Source: the human T2T-CHM13v2.0 reference genome, Homo sapiens. Taken from it: a stretch of DNA of 64,000 bases. A program made the position numbers and the translations under genes. The stretch is from assembly GCF_009914755.1 (NCBI RefSeq), contig NC_060936.1, one strand, 5' to 3'. The notes beneath the pieces are model-generated. The model was not told the DNA's origin. It ran no database searches and saw only the letters and a program-made list of their open reading frames with translations. This document shows positions 1-14,913 of the stretch, one piece after another (position 1 is the first letter of the stretch; each line of letters begins with the position of its first letter).

Positions 1-49
1 CTAGTAGTAGGAAATCTTACTCAAGAAAATATCACATGTTCAGCTCCAA

Positions 50-1297
50 TATGTAAGGAACTTAGAAGTTGCCATTCCCATCCTTACATCCAGAAAAACT
101 GGACAAACTGGATTTTGTCCCATCCTTACATCCAGAAAAACTGGATTTTGGTAGGTCCAAAAATCAATGGCTTTTGGACCTACCAGAGAACCAAGGACTC
201 AGGGCAAACAGCCACCCATCTGGAGAGATATGCACATCCAGTGAGATACAAGAGCATCTGATACTTGCTTACTTTTGCCACACATCCAGCAGAAGCTCCT
301 GGATGCCCTAAGCTGATAGGAACACTTAACTAGTAATTTTCATGAATTGCTAGACCCTGAGTATGGTCTAATGTGAGAGTGAGAAACTCCTCGTGGTTGC
401 TGTCATGCAGGGGGCAGGCGTGGAAATACTGGAAATATTGGTATTTCCAGAAATACCAGTGGGTTCTCACAGGGAGGTTCTGAGGATTCAAGAATAATCT
501 TCCAATGGCCCTGGTAGGAGGAGGTAAAGAATAGTCATTGTTAAATCCTGCCAGCCCCTTCTCCCTCACAAAGAACTTGTCTCCAGTAGAAAGGACTTCT
601 CCCCAGAGGGCAATACTGAAAACTCACCTAGCTAGGAGAACTCTGAACTCTGCTCAACTCCAGCCCACTTTCCCGTCTCACCTAAGGGACAAAAAAATCC
701 ATAGTCAGCAGGGGAGAAGGCGGCAAGGAAGTTGATTGAGAATGCCACAGCCAGGGAAAATGGGGAGCAATGGGAAAAAAAAACTATACCCCTGGAGGAG
801 AAATTGAAACACTTGCGAAGGTCATCTCCCAAGACACAAGCCCACTAAAAGACCAAGACACAGATGATTTTAGAGTGCTGCCTCTGTTCCACACCATACA
901 CTACACCAATAAGTCTCCAATGTAATAAAAGTGGATTTCAGCCAAAAAAGCTACAAGACACAGATTTTCTCTAAGGAAAAAAATACAAAAGGAAGTCTTA
1001 AAGCCAAAAACAAGGACACTGAAAGAATTTGCAATCTCTGGTATCTATAGCTATAAGAAAGATTAAATCGCATTTTAACTCCAAGCAAGATTAATATAAT
1101 TTTTCACACTAAAGACTTCTCTTGGTACCTATTACCTTAGGCAATATATCTGGTTTTCAACAACAATAACAACAGAAATTGTAAGATATATCAAAAACAA
1201 GAAAAAGCAGGGTCTGAAGAGACAAAACAGTCATCAGGTTCAGACTCAGATATGACACAGATTCTGGTACTATCAGGCAGGCAATTTAAAATGCCAT
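50..1297 (+). mobile_element. Old L1M-family LINE, 5' region and ORF1 start (left part)
   Basis: cagactcagatatgacacagattctggtactatcag...aatttaaaat is typical L1M ORF1 sequence, and it resumes seamlessly at 8494. The left boundary is approximate. Confidence 0.7.
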
Positions 1298-2273
<976 letters not shown>

Positions 2274-2307
2274 TCATTCTGGCTGCTTCCTGCTGAAAGG
2301 GGCATAG

Positions 2308-2700
2308 TCATTGTGTATCAGAATGGAACTGATCTATTTGGAACTGGAAATATTCATGAGTACCCGGATTTACAGATGATATTGGTTGGAACATTATAGT
2401 GTGAGGTCTGGAAAGTATATGAAAAATCCTGTCTTGCATTTCCCTACACAGGGTGCAACAGTAGTAAAATCCAAAGCAGAGAAGTATGCCTATTCTTGCA
2501 GCCGGGGCTAAACTGATAAGTAGCTTCCACCACCAGGACAATCCTTACCTGAAACTGAATGCTAACCATTGATCTAGCAATATGTGGGGTTAGAAATAGC
2601 TTTGATTTGTTGGTTTGTGTCTTGCAGGCTATCAAGACATTTCCTGTATTATCTTGGATCTTTAGGTAGCATTTAGTCTTAATTGTCATGCAGATTCCCC
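2308..2700 (-). mobile_element. Retroviral env TM remnant within provirus
   Basis: Reads (G)ICMTIKTKCYLKIQDNTGNV, resembling the TM CX6CC region, then in another frame SWWWKLLISLAPAARIGILLCFGFYYCC, a transmembrane-like segment. Confidence 0.6.
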
Positions 2701-3098
2701 ACTGCCAATTATAACCAGATATGTTAACAGGTTGGTTAAATATGTGTTCAATGGATTATAGGAAGAGCTGTGAATATTCACGAAAGTCATCATAAATCCT
2801 GTCTAGTTTCTGAGAATGAATCAGTTTAGTTAGCTGGCTGTGTCTCATCTAGGAGGTGGCATTGCAGATGGGTTAGTCCTCTGTATGTGATGAAGGCAAA
2901 TATATTTTTAATAAGAGGCATTTCTATAGAAACAGAAGAAAAACAAAGGTTAATGTTGGGCACAATTTATCTAGATGTTAGACTCAAAGCATCTTTAGTT
3001 ACAGAGGAGGGCGGTAGCAGGCTGACATATTTTTCTCTCCTGTATTACGAGGAATAAGGTAGTAGTGATTTCACCAAGTCCAAATCAGAAAAATGGAA

Positions 3099-3394
3099 GG
3101 CCAGGCACAGTCTTACACCTGTAATCCCAGCAATTTGGGAGGCTGAGGCAGGTGGATCACTTGAGGTCAGGAGTTCAAGACCAGCCTGGCCAACATGGTG
3201 AAACTCTGTCTCTACTAAAAATACAAAAGTTAGCTAGGTACGTTGGTGCTCACCTGTTGTCCCAGCTACTCAGGAGGTTGAGGTAGGAGAATTGCTTGAA
3301 CCTGGGAGGTAGAGTTTGCAGTGAGCCAAGATCACGCCAAAGATCACTTTGTTACTCCAGCCTGGGTAACAAAGTGAGAGTTTGTCTTAAAAAA
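3099..3394 (+). mobile_element. AluS
   Basis: Dimer with TSD aaaaatggaa and a small internal duplication at 3325-3347. Confidence 0.95.
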
Positions 3395-5950
3395 AAAAAT
3401 GGAAAAGGAATTTGAAAGCATTCGTTTAGGGACCTGTAACCCAGAAAGAATTCAGGATTTAGTCCAAATTGCAGAAAATAATAAAAACTCTAAAACAAAG
3501 GACAAAACTAGAATCAAACAACAGGTGTACTATAGTTTTTTCTGAAATCTAATTTTTTCTCTCTCCAGTTCCTGTTATACTAAAGACAAATCATAATAGG
3601 ACAAATTTATTTGCAAAATAAGTTTTAGTCTTATTATACTTGGCCTGATTATTTGCAGAAAGTGCAGCAAGAATAATTATTTGTCATATTGGCTCCTTTT
3701 AAAACTGGCTTTGCTGAAATTTTTACTTATAAGAAATCTTAAATTGACCTTTTAAAACCTTGAGCACAGCCACAGTCTCATCTGTACTTGCAAATACTTG
3801 TATGAATTGGGTGAATTCCTCTTCTTGAGGTCTCAAGATAATTTGGGGCTCTTGGGCGTGTCACAAAGTGACATTCTTACTTACTACAGGTCAGGAAATC
3901 CTGTGCAGGGACTGCATGGACAAGGTATGAGGCCAGTTTTTTTCCAAGAGGCTTTAATTGGCTGTATAAGTCAACTTTGATTCCTTAAAGCAGTCTATTT
4001 ATACCTGGAAGTATGCCCTTTCAGTCAAAGCCTTGGTAAAATAACTGGTGTCTCCAATGGTGTCCTTTCACAGAAGAAAACAGATTCTTCTTGAACATAT
4101 GCAGATAACTATACTGCCATAAATTAAGTATACTTACAAATAGTTTTCAAATTCTGGAGAAATCAGGTAAAAACAAAGAAAAATTCTCCGAATTTTGCTC
4201 AGAGGACTGTACTTTACTCAACTGTTAAAAGCTGTAAATAGCTCAAAAGGAAAAAGGATTTTTGGACTCTGAAAAATCAAAGAATTAGCAGTGTTTCAAA
4301 CAAAGTGTCATAAAGATTATTTCAGTCTTCCATTAGTTCAGTCTATGTAATTTATTCCTGTTCTGTTTGATATGCATAAATGCATTAGCTTTTTATGGGA
4401 GTTTTGGAAGTTTTTTTTTCTTTATTCTAATGTCAAAATCTCCAGTTATTAGAAACCTGCCTTCAAGAGCACCTGTCAGTGTCCTATAGCTGGTTATAAA
4501 ACCACCTTTGAAAAGAATCAGAGTAAAATAACAATTATGGATGACAAAACTCTCAGAATAGCCACAAAGACACAATCAACAAGGAAACCTGGCTATGTGG
4601 CACATAGTAATTTAGCATAACAATCATAATTATTACTGATAACATATGTTAAGACATATCAGAATTACAGGAATCTTATACAATTTTGGAACACATGCTC
4701 AAAACATGTTTATATTACTATAACTCAAAGAACTGTAAACACCATTTTATATTTGACAATGTTTCCTGTATGGTTTTTATATACCAAATAAGCCAAATAT
4801 GTCTCTTTTAGACTTTAAGGGACCTGATATCTGAAAAGGTTAAACAGGTTAAAAAAAAAAAAAGAACTTAATTTAGAATTTGACTTTTGAAAGTTTATCA
4901 AATATCAAAGGTTTAAACACTTGGTATTACAAAATAAAATCTCATGTCACTATAAGTAAAAGGGAAAAATCTTTACTTATTGATAGAGGATAGACAGCTT
5001 TTCAAATAAAACCCAATAAAGACAGTATGAGGCCAACTGAATCTGTCTCTTCTTTCCTTTCTTTTTTCTGTCATTTATTCAAAAGGCAAACAAAATATTT
5101 TTTATTACTTTTTAATATTACACAAAAATTTATTCAAAAGAGAAAGCCAAATTTCACCTTTGCATTAGTGTACTATTAATGTTAAACCCAATTTTCAATA
5201 AAACCTTATAAACAAATCTATCCAATCTTAATTAATTTGACCATAAGGTAAAATTTTCATAAATTTTTTATAATCCTTTACAATGTTGTGTTAAAGAGCA
5301 GATCAACTTTCTAAGAAAGCCTTATTATTCAGACACATGGGCCCAGATTCTGGTCCTGCATCAGTGTGCTTTTATTTTAATGTTTGATTTATGGAAAAAC
5401 TAAATAATCCCTTTCAAATTTTAGCCAGCTTTCTCACACTTGTAGAACTTCTTTTACAAGATTAATCTCTCACAAATCTTTCACAATTTGTTTAAATTTT
5501 CAGTTTTGTTCTATCGTTCTTTTAGCTTAGGCCAATCCTTAAAAACCTCGGAATTAGACAAAATTACATTCCCTTTAGCAAAAACCATATCATACTTATA
5601 TGCCTTCTTATAACCTTTTACCAAAACCACATTCTACTTTCCTTGTATATCTTGCGTATGAAACTGTTTCTCCAGTAGTCTCAATTAACATGTTACAATG
5701 TTAACTCTCAGCAACTTTTATTTTTTGTGAAAAATCTGGTAAGTAAGTAATTTTAACCATATATTGGATTGTAAAGCCCAGGACAAGGGACAGAGCTGCA
5801 GACAACTGTCTGACTCTTCCAGCCTAGGTAGGGAACCTACCTAACTCAGTATGTCCCTAGACCTTACCTAGAATCCAATAGCTGTAAAACAGGCAAGTCA
5901 AATTATTATTATAACTCATAAAAGTATTTTATGACCTTAAAGCCTCTAGC

Positions 5951-6526
5951 ATCAGGTGAGCACTCACAGTACCTGGTTTTAACTTTGTATCACTGAAAGA
6001 GGAACTGAACAGGTAGAAAAAACACTCTTGAATCACCGATGCCACCCCTTGCCCCCTGCCCCGACCCACTGTGGCAGCAGCAGTGTGGGGCAAAGAGTGT
6101 CTCTGAGTCCTGGGGGAGGGAGAGCATTCCAATTGTAAGGCATTGAACTCAGTGCTGCCCTGTTATAGCAGAAAGAAAAAAATCAGAGCAAATTCAGCTG
6201 ATGCCTGTCTATGGAGGGAGCATTTACACCAGCCCTAGCCAGAGGGAAATCACTGATCCCAACTGTCAGACCCTGAGTTCCTACAAGCCTTGCCACCACG
6301 AGCTAAAGTGTTCTGAGGCTCTAAATAAACGTGAAAGACAGTTGAGGCCACAAGGACTTCAACACCTAGGAGAGTCCTAGTGCTGGACTCGGTCAAGGGA
6401 CAGTGGACTGGAGGGGCACGTGACCTACTAGACACCAGCTGGGGCGGCTAAAGGAGTTCTGGCATCCCCGCTCCCCTAACCCCAGGTGGTTGCACAGCTC
6501 CTGGCTCCAAAAGAAACCCCTTCCTT
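5951..6526 (+). mobile_element. L1M1/L1MA-type 5'UTR fragment embedded in ERV interior
   Basis: atcaggtgagcactcacagtacctggttttaac...ccagccctagccagagggaa...aagaaaccccttcctt resembles L1MA-era 5'UTR. There is an abrupt GC shift relative to the flanks. Confidence 0.7.
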
Positions 6527-7163
6527 ATAAAAAAGAAGAAAAAAACCCAAACTCATCTTTTCTTCCCTCAGTTTCAAAACAGTTTCCAACGTTTACATTC
6601 TAGTTAGACCACATGAGTCCTATCTCAGCACCAGCAGCTTAGTAACAGCATATTTAAAGTAGGGAGAAAAGAAGAGAGAGGGAAAGACAGCCTGCACAGG
6701 AGCCAGGCCTATGCCCCGGTGAAGTTCGTACTGGGCATGGGAGCCAGGTTTCACAAGTGGGGTGTGAGAAAGAAAGGAGGAGAAGAAAAAAAAAGGTAAA
6801 GTGACCAGATGGAACCTTGGGAACCTTCCAACCATTACACAGTGTGGGGGCACCAGGGCCGCCCTTCTCATTTATCAGGGAGAGTCTCAGCACCCTAGGT
6901 GGGCAGCTCTCCGAGATAGTCAGGAGGGTGAAATGGGAGGTAGAGAGCAAAGAAAGGCAATAGGGCCCATACAAAAAGTCATTCATTCACACATGCAAAT
7001 GGTGTGCTTCCAAATGAGTCCCCAGTCAAGGGTCTGGGTGAGGTCCTGAATCCCCCGCCCCAGTTCCAAATGGCTCCACAGGAAGCTGAGTCTGAGCCAC
7101 GTTCCTATGGAACTTCATATTCAAATAAATACAAATGCATAAAATGCTCAAATGCTATCACTA

Positions 7164-7577
<414 letters not shown>

Positions 7578-7864
7578 TCACTCAGTTTCAAAGTTTGTCA
7601 GCGTCTTAAGAGGCCATTTTGCTTGTACCAGTGAAGCACCAAAGGCAGCAGTTGTCATGCCATGAGGCAAAAGGGAGCTTCCCCCAAAACAAATTCATTT
7701 TTGGCAGCTTCTGGGAAGTTTCCTAATGTTCCCATTATGGGGTCTGCTAGCCATGAGCAGCTGGCACTCACAGGTGACCCCACACCTCACCTGGTAGTGA
7801 AACTGGGCTGACAAAGTTAGCTCACCCAGGGCATGAAGTACTTCCCCATATGAGCCACAAAAAT

Positions 7865-8493
7865 TGTAACCAAAACACAAGTCCAGTCACTCCCCACTCC
7901 ACATTTTGTAACCAAAACACAAGTCCAGTCACTCCAATTAACAGGAGCAAGGTATAAAGAAAGTGACATTTTATTCCAAAGCTTGCTTAGGGGAAGAGGA
8001 GCAGGATCTTGTCTTTATGGGTACCACCTCACTTTTGGAGCAGAAAGTGGGGTGCTTTTAAAGGGGGCCCAGCATGCTGGCATGAATGACATGCAGAGGA
8101 GTCAGTGAGCAGGTGGGGGGTCTGCATACTAGCCTCGGTGCCTTATCTACCGGGTGGTCAAGCTGGTAACTGCTGGTCCCTTTGTGGACAAGACTAGGTT
8201 GTAAAAGCAGCAGAAAATTCTCCAGGTGGGAGAGAGTTTCACAGTGGAAATACTTTAGGTAGTAGATGGACTGTTGTTTCTTTAGGCAGCCTCCTGGTAG
8301 GAGAGTTTCACTCTGGAGCTTCTAACAACCTAGTTAAATAAACTTGCCCTCTAGGGAGTGTCTGGTGAAGAGGAGGTAAAGGCTATAACTGCATTTCTAA
8401 AGACCTAAGTAGGAAGTGGGGAAAAGAAGGAGAGCGAGAAGAAGAAAGATAGTAAAAAACTATCTCTTAGAAAAATGAGGGTACACAGTTACA
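7865..8493 (-). mobile_element. 5' LTR of provirus
   Basis: TG...CA ends on the minus strand; homologous to 1298-2222. Confidence 0.85.
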
Positions 8494-10260
<1,767 letters not shown>

Positions 10261-10284
10261 GATCAAACGACAGTATCATATGCT

Positions 10285-10730
10285 CTGTCAATTATCAATT
10301 ACTATATAACAAATAGCTTCAAAGCACGTTTACTTGAAAAAATAACTACTTTTTCATAATTCTGTGGATCAACAATTTGGGCTAAGGTAAGTAGAGTTGT
10401 TTTCATGGTCTCACTCTGTGGTTGCAGTCAGTTGATGGTGGGAATCGATGAACAGTCCAAGTCAATTTCCCTCACATATATCTACTGGTGTCTGGGCTGT
10501 TCTCTTCTTGCAGTCTTTCAACTTTAAGGAAACTAGTTTAAGTGTCTTAACGTGACAGTCTCTGAGCAGCTGGAAGGTGAGATTGGATGCTGCAACACTT
10601 TTTGATAACTTCCCCAGAAGTCACACAATGTTACTTCAGCCTCAATTTTACTGGTCAAAGTGAGTCAAGTTACTGACCATCCAGCTCAGATCAAGGGGTC
10701 AGAAGATGGAGTCTACTTTCTAATGGAAGG
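10285..10730 (-). mobile_element. Old MaLR LTR (MLT1-like)
   Basis: ataacaaat...cataattctgtggatcaacaatttgggct...ccagctcagatcaagggg pattern; diverged. Confidence 0.55.
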
Positions 10731-10858
10731 AGTTTAATTTTTAATGCATTATATATGTTGATACATCTGGGTTTGGAAATTTGAGAAGGTGAAAAGAGAA
10801 AGATCTTTTTGAGGGTTTTTATTCTAATTATTTTGCATTTTGGAATTTGGACAAGTTT

Positions 10859-11010
10859 AGCCAACCTTTCCGTGGCTAAGCTTCTTTGCTCTAATTGAAG
10901 ATAATAACAGTATCACCTCACAGGATTGTGAAGATTCAATGAGATAATATATATAGCATGTCTAGAGGAGTACCTGGCTCGTGTAGGGCCTCTAAATGTT
11001 TATTATTATT
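10859..11010 (+). mobile_element. MIR
   Basis: gataataacagtatcacctcacaggattgtgaagattcaatgagataat core. Confidence 0.8.
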
Positions 11011-11356
11011 GGCAATAAATGAACTTAGTTTCTAGCTTCAACATTGTCACGAACTAGCTAAGGTATGCTTTTCAAGACATTTAACACCCACAAGCCAGTT
11101 TATTTGACTATAATCTGAGGCGCTTATAATAGATGATCTCTATTGTCCCTTTTAATTGTCCCTTCTAATTCTACACATGCAAATGTACTAATGTTTTACT
11201 TAGAAGAAATATTTCACATAGAAGAAACATATATCATATTTATGATTAACATGAGCATTTAAGGCTCTGGGGATGATTGGCTACAAATTATAGTGCAGAA
11301 GTCTTAAATTTCTTAGTACATCAGTGAACTTAGAAAAGAAATATTCTTTATTATTA

Positions 11357-11489
11357 TGTATGTATTTATTTGTAGAGATGAGGTCTCACTACATTACCAG
11401 GCTGGTCTTGAACTCCTGTGCTGGAGCCATCCATCCGCCTTGGCCTCCTGAAGAGCTGGGAGCAGAGGCATGAGCCACTGCACCCAGCC
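11357..11489 (-). mobile_element. Alu monomer (FLAM-like)
   Basis: Single left-arm-type Alu unit. Confidence 0.85.
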
Positions 11490-11633
11490 AATACTCTGTA
11501 TTAAACCATGATTCATTGAAGGGGAAGAGCTATCAAAAGTAAGTAATTTTATTTGTGAAGATTGTTTACCTTTTCTCAATTTAACAATAAATAGCATTTA
11601 GCATGTCAAAGATTATTACATTTCCTGAAATTG

Positions 11634-11698
11634 TTAGGTTGGTGCAAATGTGATTGTGGTTAATGGCAAAAACCACAATTACTTTTGCCCCAACCTAA
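11634..11698. mobile_element. MADE1 (Hsmar1 MITE), internally deleted
   Basis: ttaggttggtgcaaa...ttttgccccaacctaa terminal inverted repeats, followed by TA. Confidence 0.9.
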
Positions 11699-12495
11699 TA
11701 AAAAGCCAAATAAGGCACAAGCTCACCACCTCGGCAAACAAATATAGGGGAATGGGATGATATGAGTCTGGCGAGGTGAATAAACAGAGGCCAGATTGTA
11801 CTGGTTTTTGTGAGTTACATTAAGACATTTTTGCTTTATCCTGAAAATAAGGGTAGAGAGAGACCCTTAAAGGGCTTGAAGCAGAAAAATCTTTTCAAGT
11901 GGAGGTGAAATTTGAGCTGGATCTTAAACTAGAAAATTTCATTGGTGTCAAAGGACAATATCAAAAAAAATAGAGTTAACGTTTGTGTTCAGATAATGGA
12001 AGAGGTCGTCATCTGTATAGGCCTGAAAGGATCTACAAGGTAATGGTAAGAAATGAGACCAGAAACACAGGACCAAATTGGAGATGACCTTCAAAAGAAA
12101 ATGCTTGATTCCTGTGTTGACTTTGAAATGCTTAATTTCCTTCGAATCCAATCTATTCCACTACCACTTTACTTGTCTACTTTATGCTTTCTGTTCCCTT
12201 TGTAAAAGTCTCAGTGACTCCATGCTGCCCACAGAATAAGGTAAACAATTCCCAGTCCAAGTGTTATAGTTCTCTTTTGTATCCTTCCTGCCACTCCGCC
12301 CTGATTATGAAACCAGCAGACAGCCAGGCGTTAGCCCTCCTCTCCTTCCCCCAACCCCTGCCCTTTCTTCTCTTAAAGCCCTCTCTTCCTTCACAGCCTT
12401 AAGTATATATCGAAGTGTTCATTGGCTTAATACTTACCTTCAAGTTACAGAAGATCGAAAAGCCTGTTTATTTTGTCGGCATCATATTGCGTCAG

Positions 12496-12903
12496 TGTGG
12501 TGGACGCTGTGTTGGGCCGTAGAGCTCACCCTTGAGCCTGGAGGTCTTATCCCCCTCAGCTGCTGGGAGTGTTGTCAGTAGACAAGCCTCAGCTGTCAGG
12601 CCTCTTCAGCGCTGCCTCACCTAAGGTTACTCCCTTTCTGGGAGTAGCCCACATCCAGTGACTGGATGGAGGCAGAGGATAAAAGCCCTGCTTCATTACC
12701 CCAAGAATGGACAACAGCTGAGAGGCCAGGCTAGCTTCAGCGCTCTCTGTGAGTCAACCGAGGCTGTATAGGAACCATCTCCTCTCTCTCTCCACAATCC
12801 TCCTCCTTCGTTTTCCATCTACAAGTGCGATCCCAGGAGCCTGCCTTCACAAACATCATGGACATTAATCTCCCTCCCCAAGCCTGCTTCTCAACCCAGG
12901 ACA
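12496..12903 (+). mobile_element. ERVL LTR (LTR16-like)
   Basis: tgtggtggacgctgtg...ccagtgactggatggaggcagaggataaaagcc...gcctgcttctcaacccaggaca. Confidence 0.65.
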
Positions 12904-13141
12904 CCAGGAAATATTTTTGAATGAGCAAGTGAAAGAATGTCCAAAATATCCTGTACCTTTTGGGATGGGTACTGGCTAAAGTAATTACTGTTATCTGAAT
13001 TGCCAAGCTAAGCATGTTAATGATTTTCTAATTATTTAAAGGACCATGTGTGAAGTCTTAATAATCTCTGTTGTACTCTCCTGCATTTGGTCATTGGTTC
13101 TTTGCTATATACTGATGCAAATTACTTTTTCCAAGTTTAAA

Positions 13142-13173
<32 letters not shown>

Positions 13174-13769
13174 GGAATGTGTCACCTTTGATAACCTGGT
13201 GCTTTTATCTGCCTGAACTGGTTGGGAAAGTTCTACTAAATACAGTACTAAAGAAAGTTGGTTTGTCCACATTTCATTGGTGACATTCCCAGTGTAGAAC
13301 CTTTTCATGCTTTGTTATTGAATAGCTCTCAAAATTTAAAGTTGATGCAATATTATTTGTATGCTGATGAAAATACTTGATGTATTTTTAAAATTTCAGT
13401 GGTTGACATTTTGGCCACTGGGTGTCATCACAGATCTAGGTTTTAAAATGTGCAGTTGTCACTTGCTGACTGAAATTAACTAATAGAGTCTGATGAGGCT
13501 TAATGGTACATCTTCATCATTTGACCTTCATACATTGAGTATCAATCTCCACTATAGGAAATTGTTTATAAAGTACAATTTGGATACTTTTTAGTCTTTC
13601 TTTACAACAAATCACATGGATAGAAGGAAAATTTCTTCTAACAATGTCTGGAGTGAGCCTTGAGTGGGGAAGTGTGGTGGGAAGGCTGAGATAGAAAGAG
13701 GACATGTAAATGATTAAGCTACTGCCTTACTAGAGGACCAGCGCCAACCGAAAAGAAAGATGTATTCCC

Positions 13770-14051
13770 AGCCTGGTGCGGTGGCTCAAGCCTGTAATCC
13801 CAGCGCTTTGGGAGGCCGAGGCAGGTGGATCACTTAAGGCCAGGGCTGTGAGACCAGCCTGGCCAACATGACGAAACCCCATCTCTACTAAAAATACAAA
13901 AACAATTAGCCAGGCATGGTGGCGCACGCCTCTAATCTCAGCTGCTTGGGAGTCTGAGGCACAAGAATCGCTTGAATCCGGAGGCAGAGGTTGCAGTGAG
14001 CCAAGATCGTGCCACTGCACTCCAGCCTGGGTAACAGAGCAAGACTGTCTC

Positions 14052-14094
<43 letters not shown>
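13770..14094 (+). mobile_element. AluS with (AC)n tail microsatellite (14055-14094)
   Basis: Dimer with TSD gtattccc at 13762-13769 and 14095-14102. Confidence 0.95.
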
Positions 14095-14096
<2 letters not shown>

Positions 14097-14149
14097 ATTC
14101 CCTAAGCTACCCAGATCTATCACCTGGTTACCTCAGGCCATTACCATGA

Positions 14150-14300
14150 CCTCTATCTTAATTTCTTTTAATCCTCACAACCTCTATAAAGCACTTTTAT
14201 TTCATTTATTTTACAGGTGTGGAAATTGAGGCACAGAAAGGTTAATGATTATACCCAGGGCCAGACACTAGGTGCTAGATCCAAAATTTAAGACAGGGAA
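14150..14300 (-). mobile_element. MIR
   Basis: ttttacaggtgtggaaattgaggcacagaaaggttaa core. Confidence 0.7.
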
Positions 14301-14342
14301 CATTCCCAAGGGTAGCAGATTATACCTTGGCGAAGGCTTAGG

Positions 14343-14529
14343 CAGTGTTTCCTCAAAGATGGTCCCTCAACCACTTTCATCAAAATCATATAGTAATTGC
14401 TAAAATATATATTCCAGCACCTTCCCAGTGCTACTAAATCAAAATTTCTGGGATAACGTCTGGGAATTGGCATGTTAGTAAAATTCCATCAGATGACTTT
14501 TATGCACACTGAATTGTGAGAATCTATTA
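14343..14529. mobile_element. MER5A-like hAT DNA transposon
   Basis: cagtgtttcctcaaa...tactaaatcaaaatttctggg...gatgacttttatgcacactgaattgtgagaa. Confidence 0.7.
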
Positions 14530-14769
14530 GAGGAATGAAATTGTGAAGGCCCCCTTTTCTGGAAAGGAAGGAGAGAGAGCAGCCCTCTGAAAGCACAGCA
14601 GGATGGAATCCAGGCTCAGGAACCATCCTATAGTCTTTTTAATAGGTACTCCGTGTGCATTGGAGACTTTCTTCCTGATTACCAACAGGCCTCAGGTGGC
14701 CTCATCCCACCCACCTGCCTCCAGACATACACCTGTTCGTTGGAAGAGACTCTAACTCACTCAAGTCAC

Positions 14770-14913
14770 TGTGGGGAGCTTCCAGCACATTCAGATGCCT
14801 AGAATAACCCAGACCAATCAAACCAGTGTCTTTTGGTATGAGGCCCAGATAATTGCTATTAAAAATATTTTTCCCCTGTGATTCTCATGTGCAGCCGGAG
14901 TTGACTACTACTG
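14770..14913. mobile_element. MER5-like fragment
   Basis: cagatgcc...gtgattctcatgtgcagccggagttga...actg. Confidence 0.55.

Noticed and set aside
7842-7862. Primer-binding site next to the 5' LTR
   Set aside because: The position is right, but the sequence is too degenerate to assign a tRNA; only a weak resemblance to tRNA-Pro.
13145-13172. Isolated poly-T tract as a retrocopy tail or a plus-strand splice acceptor
   Set aside because: No TSD or attached element, and no convincing downstream exon or ORF.
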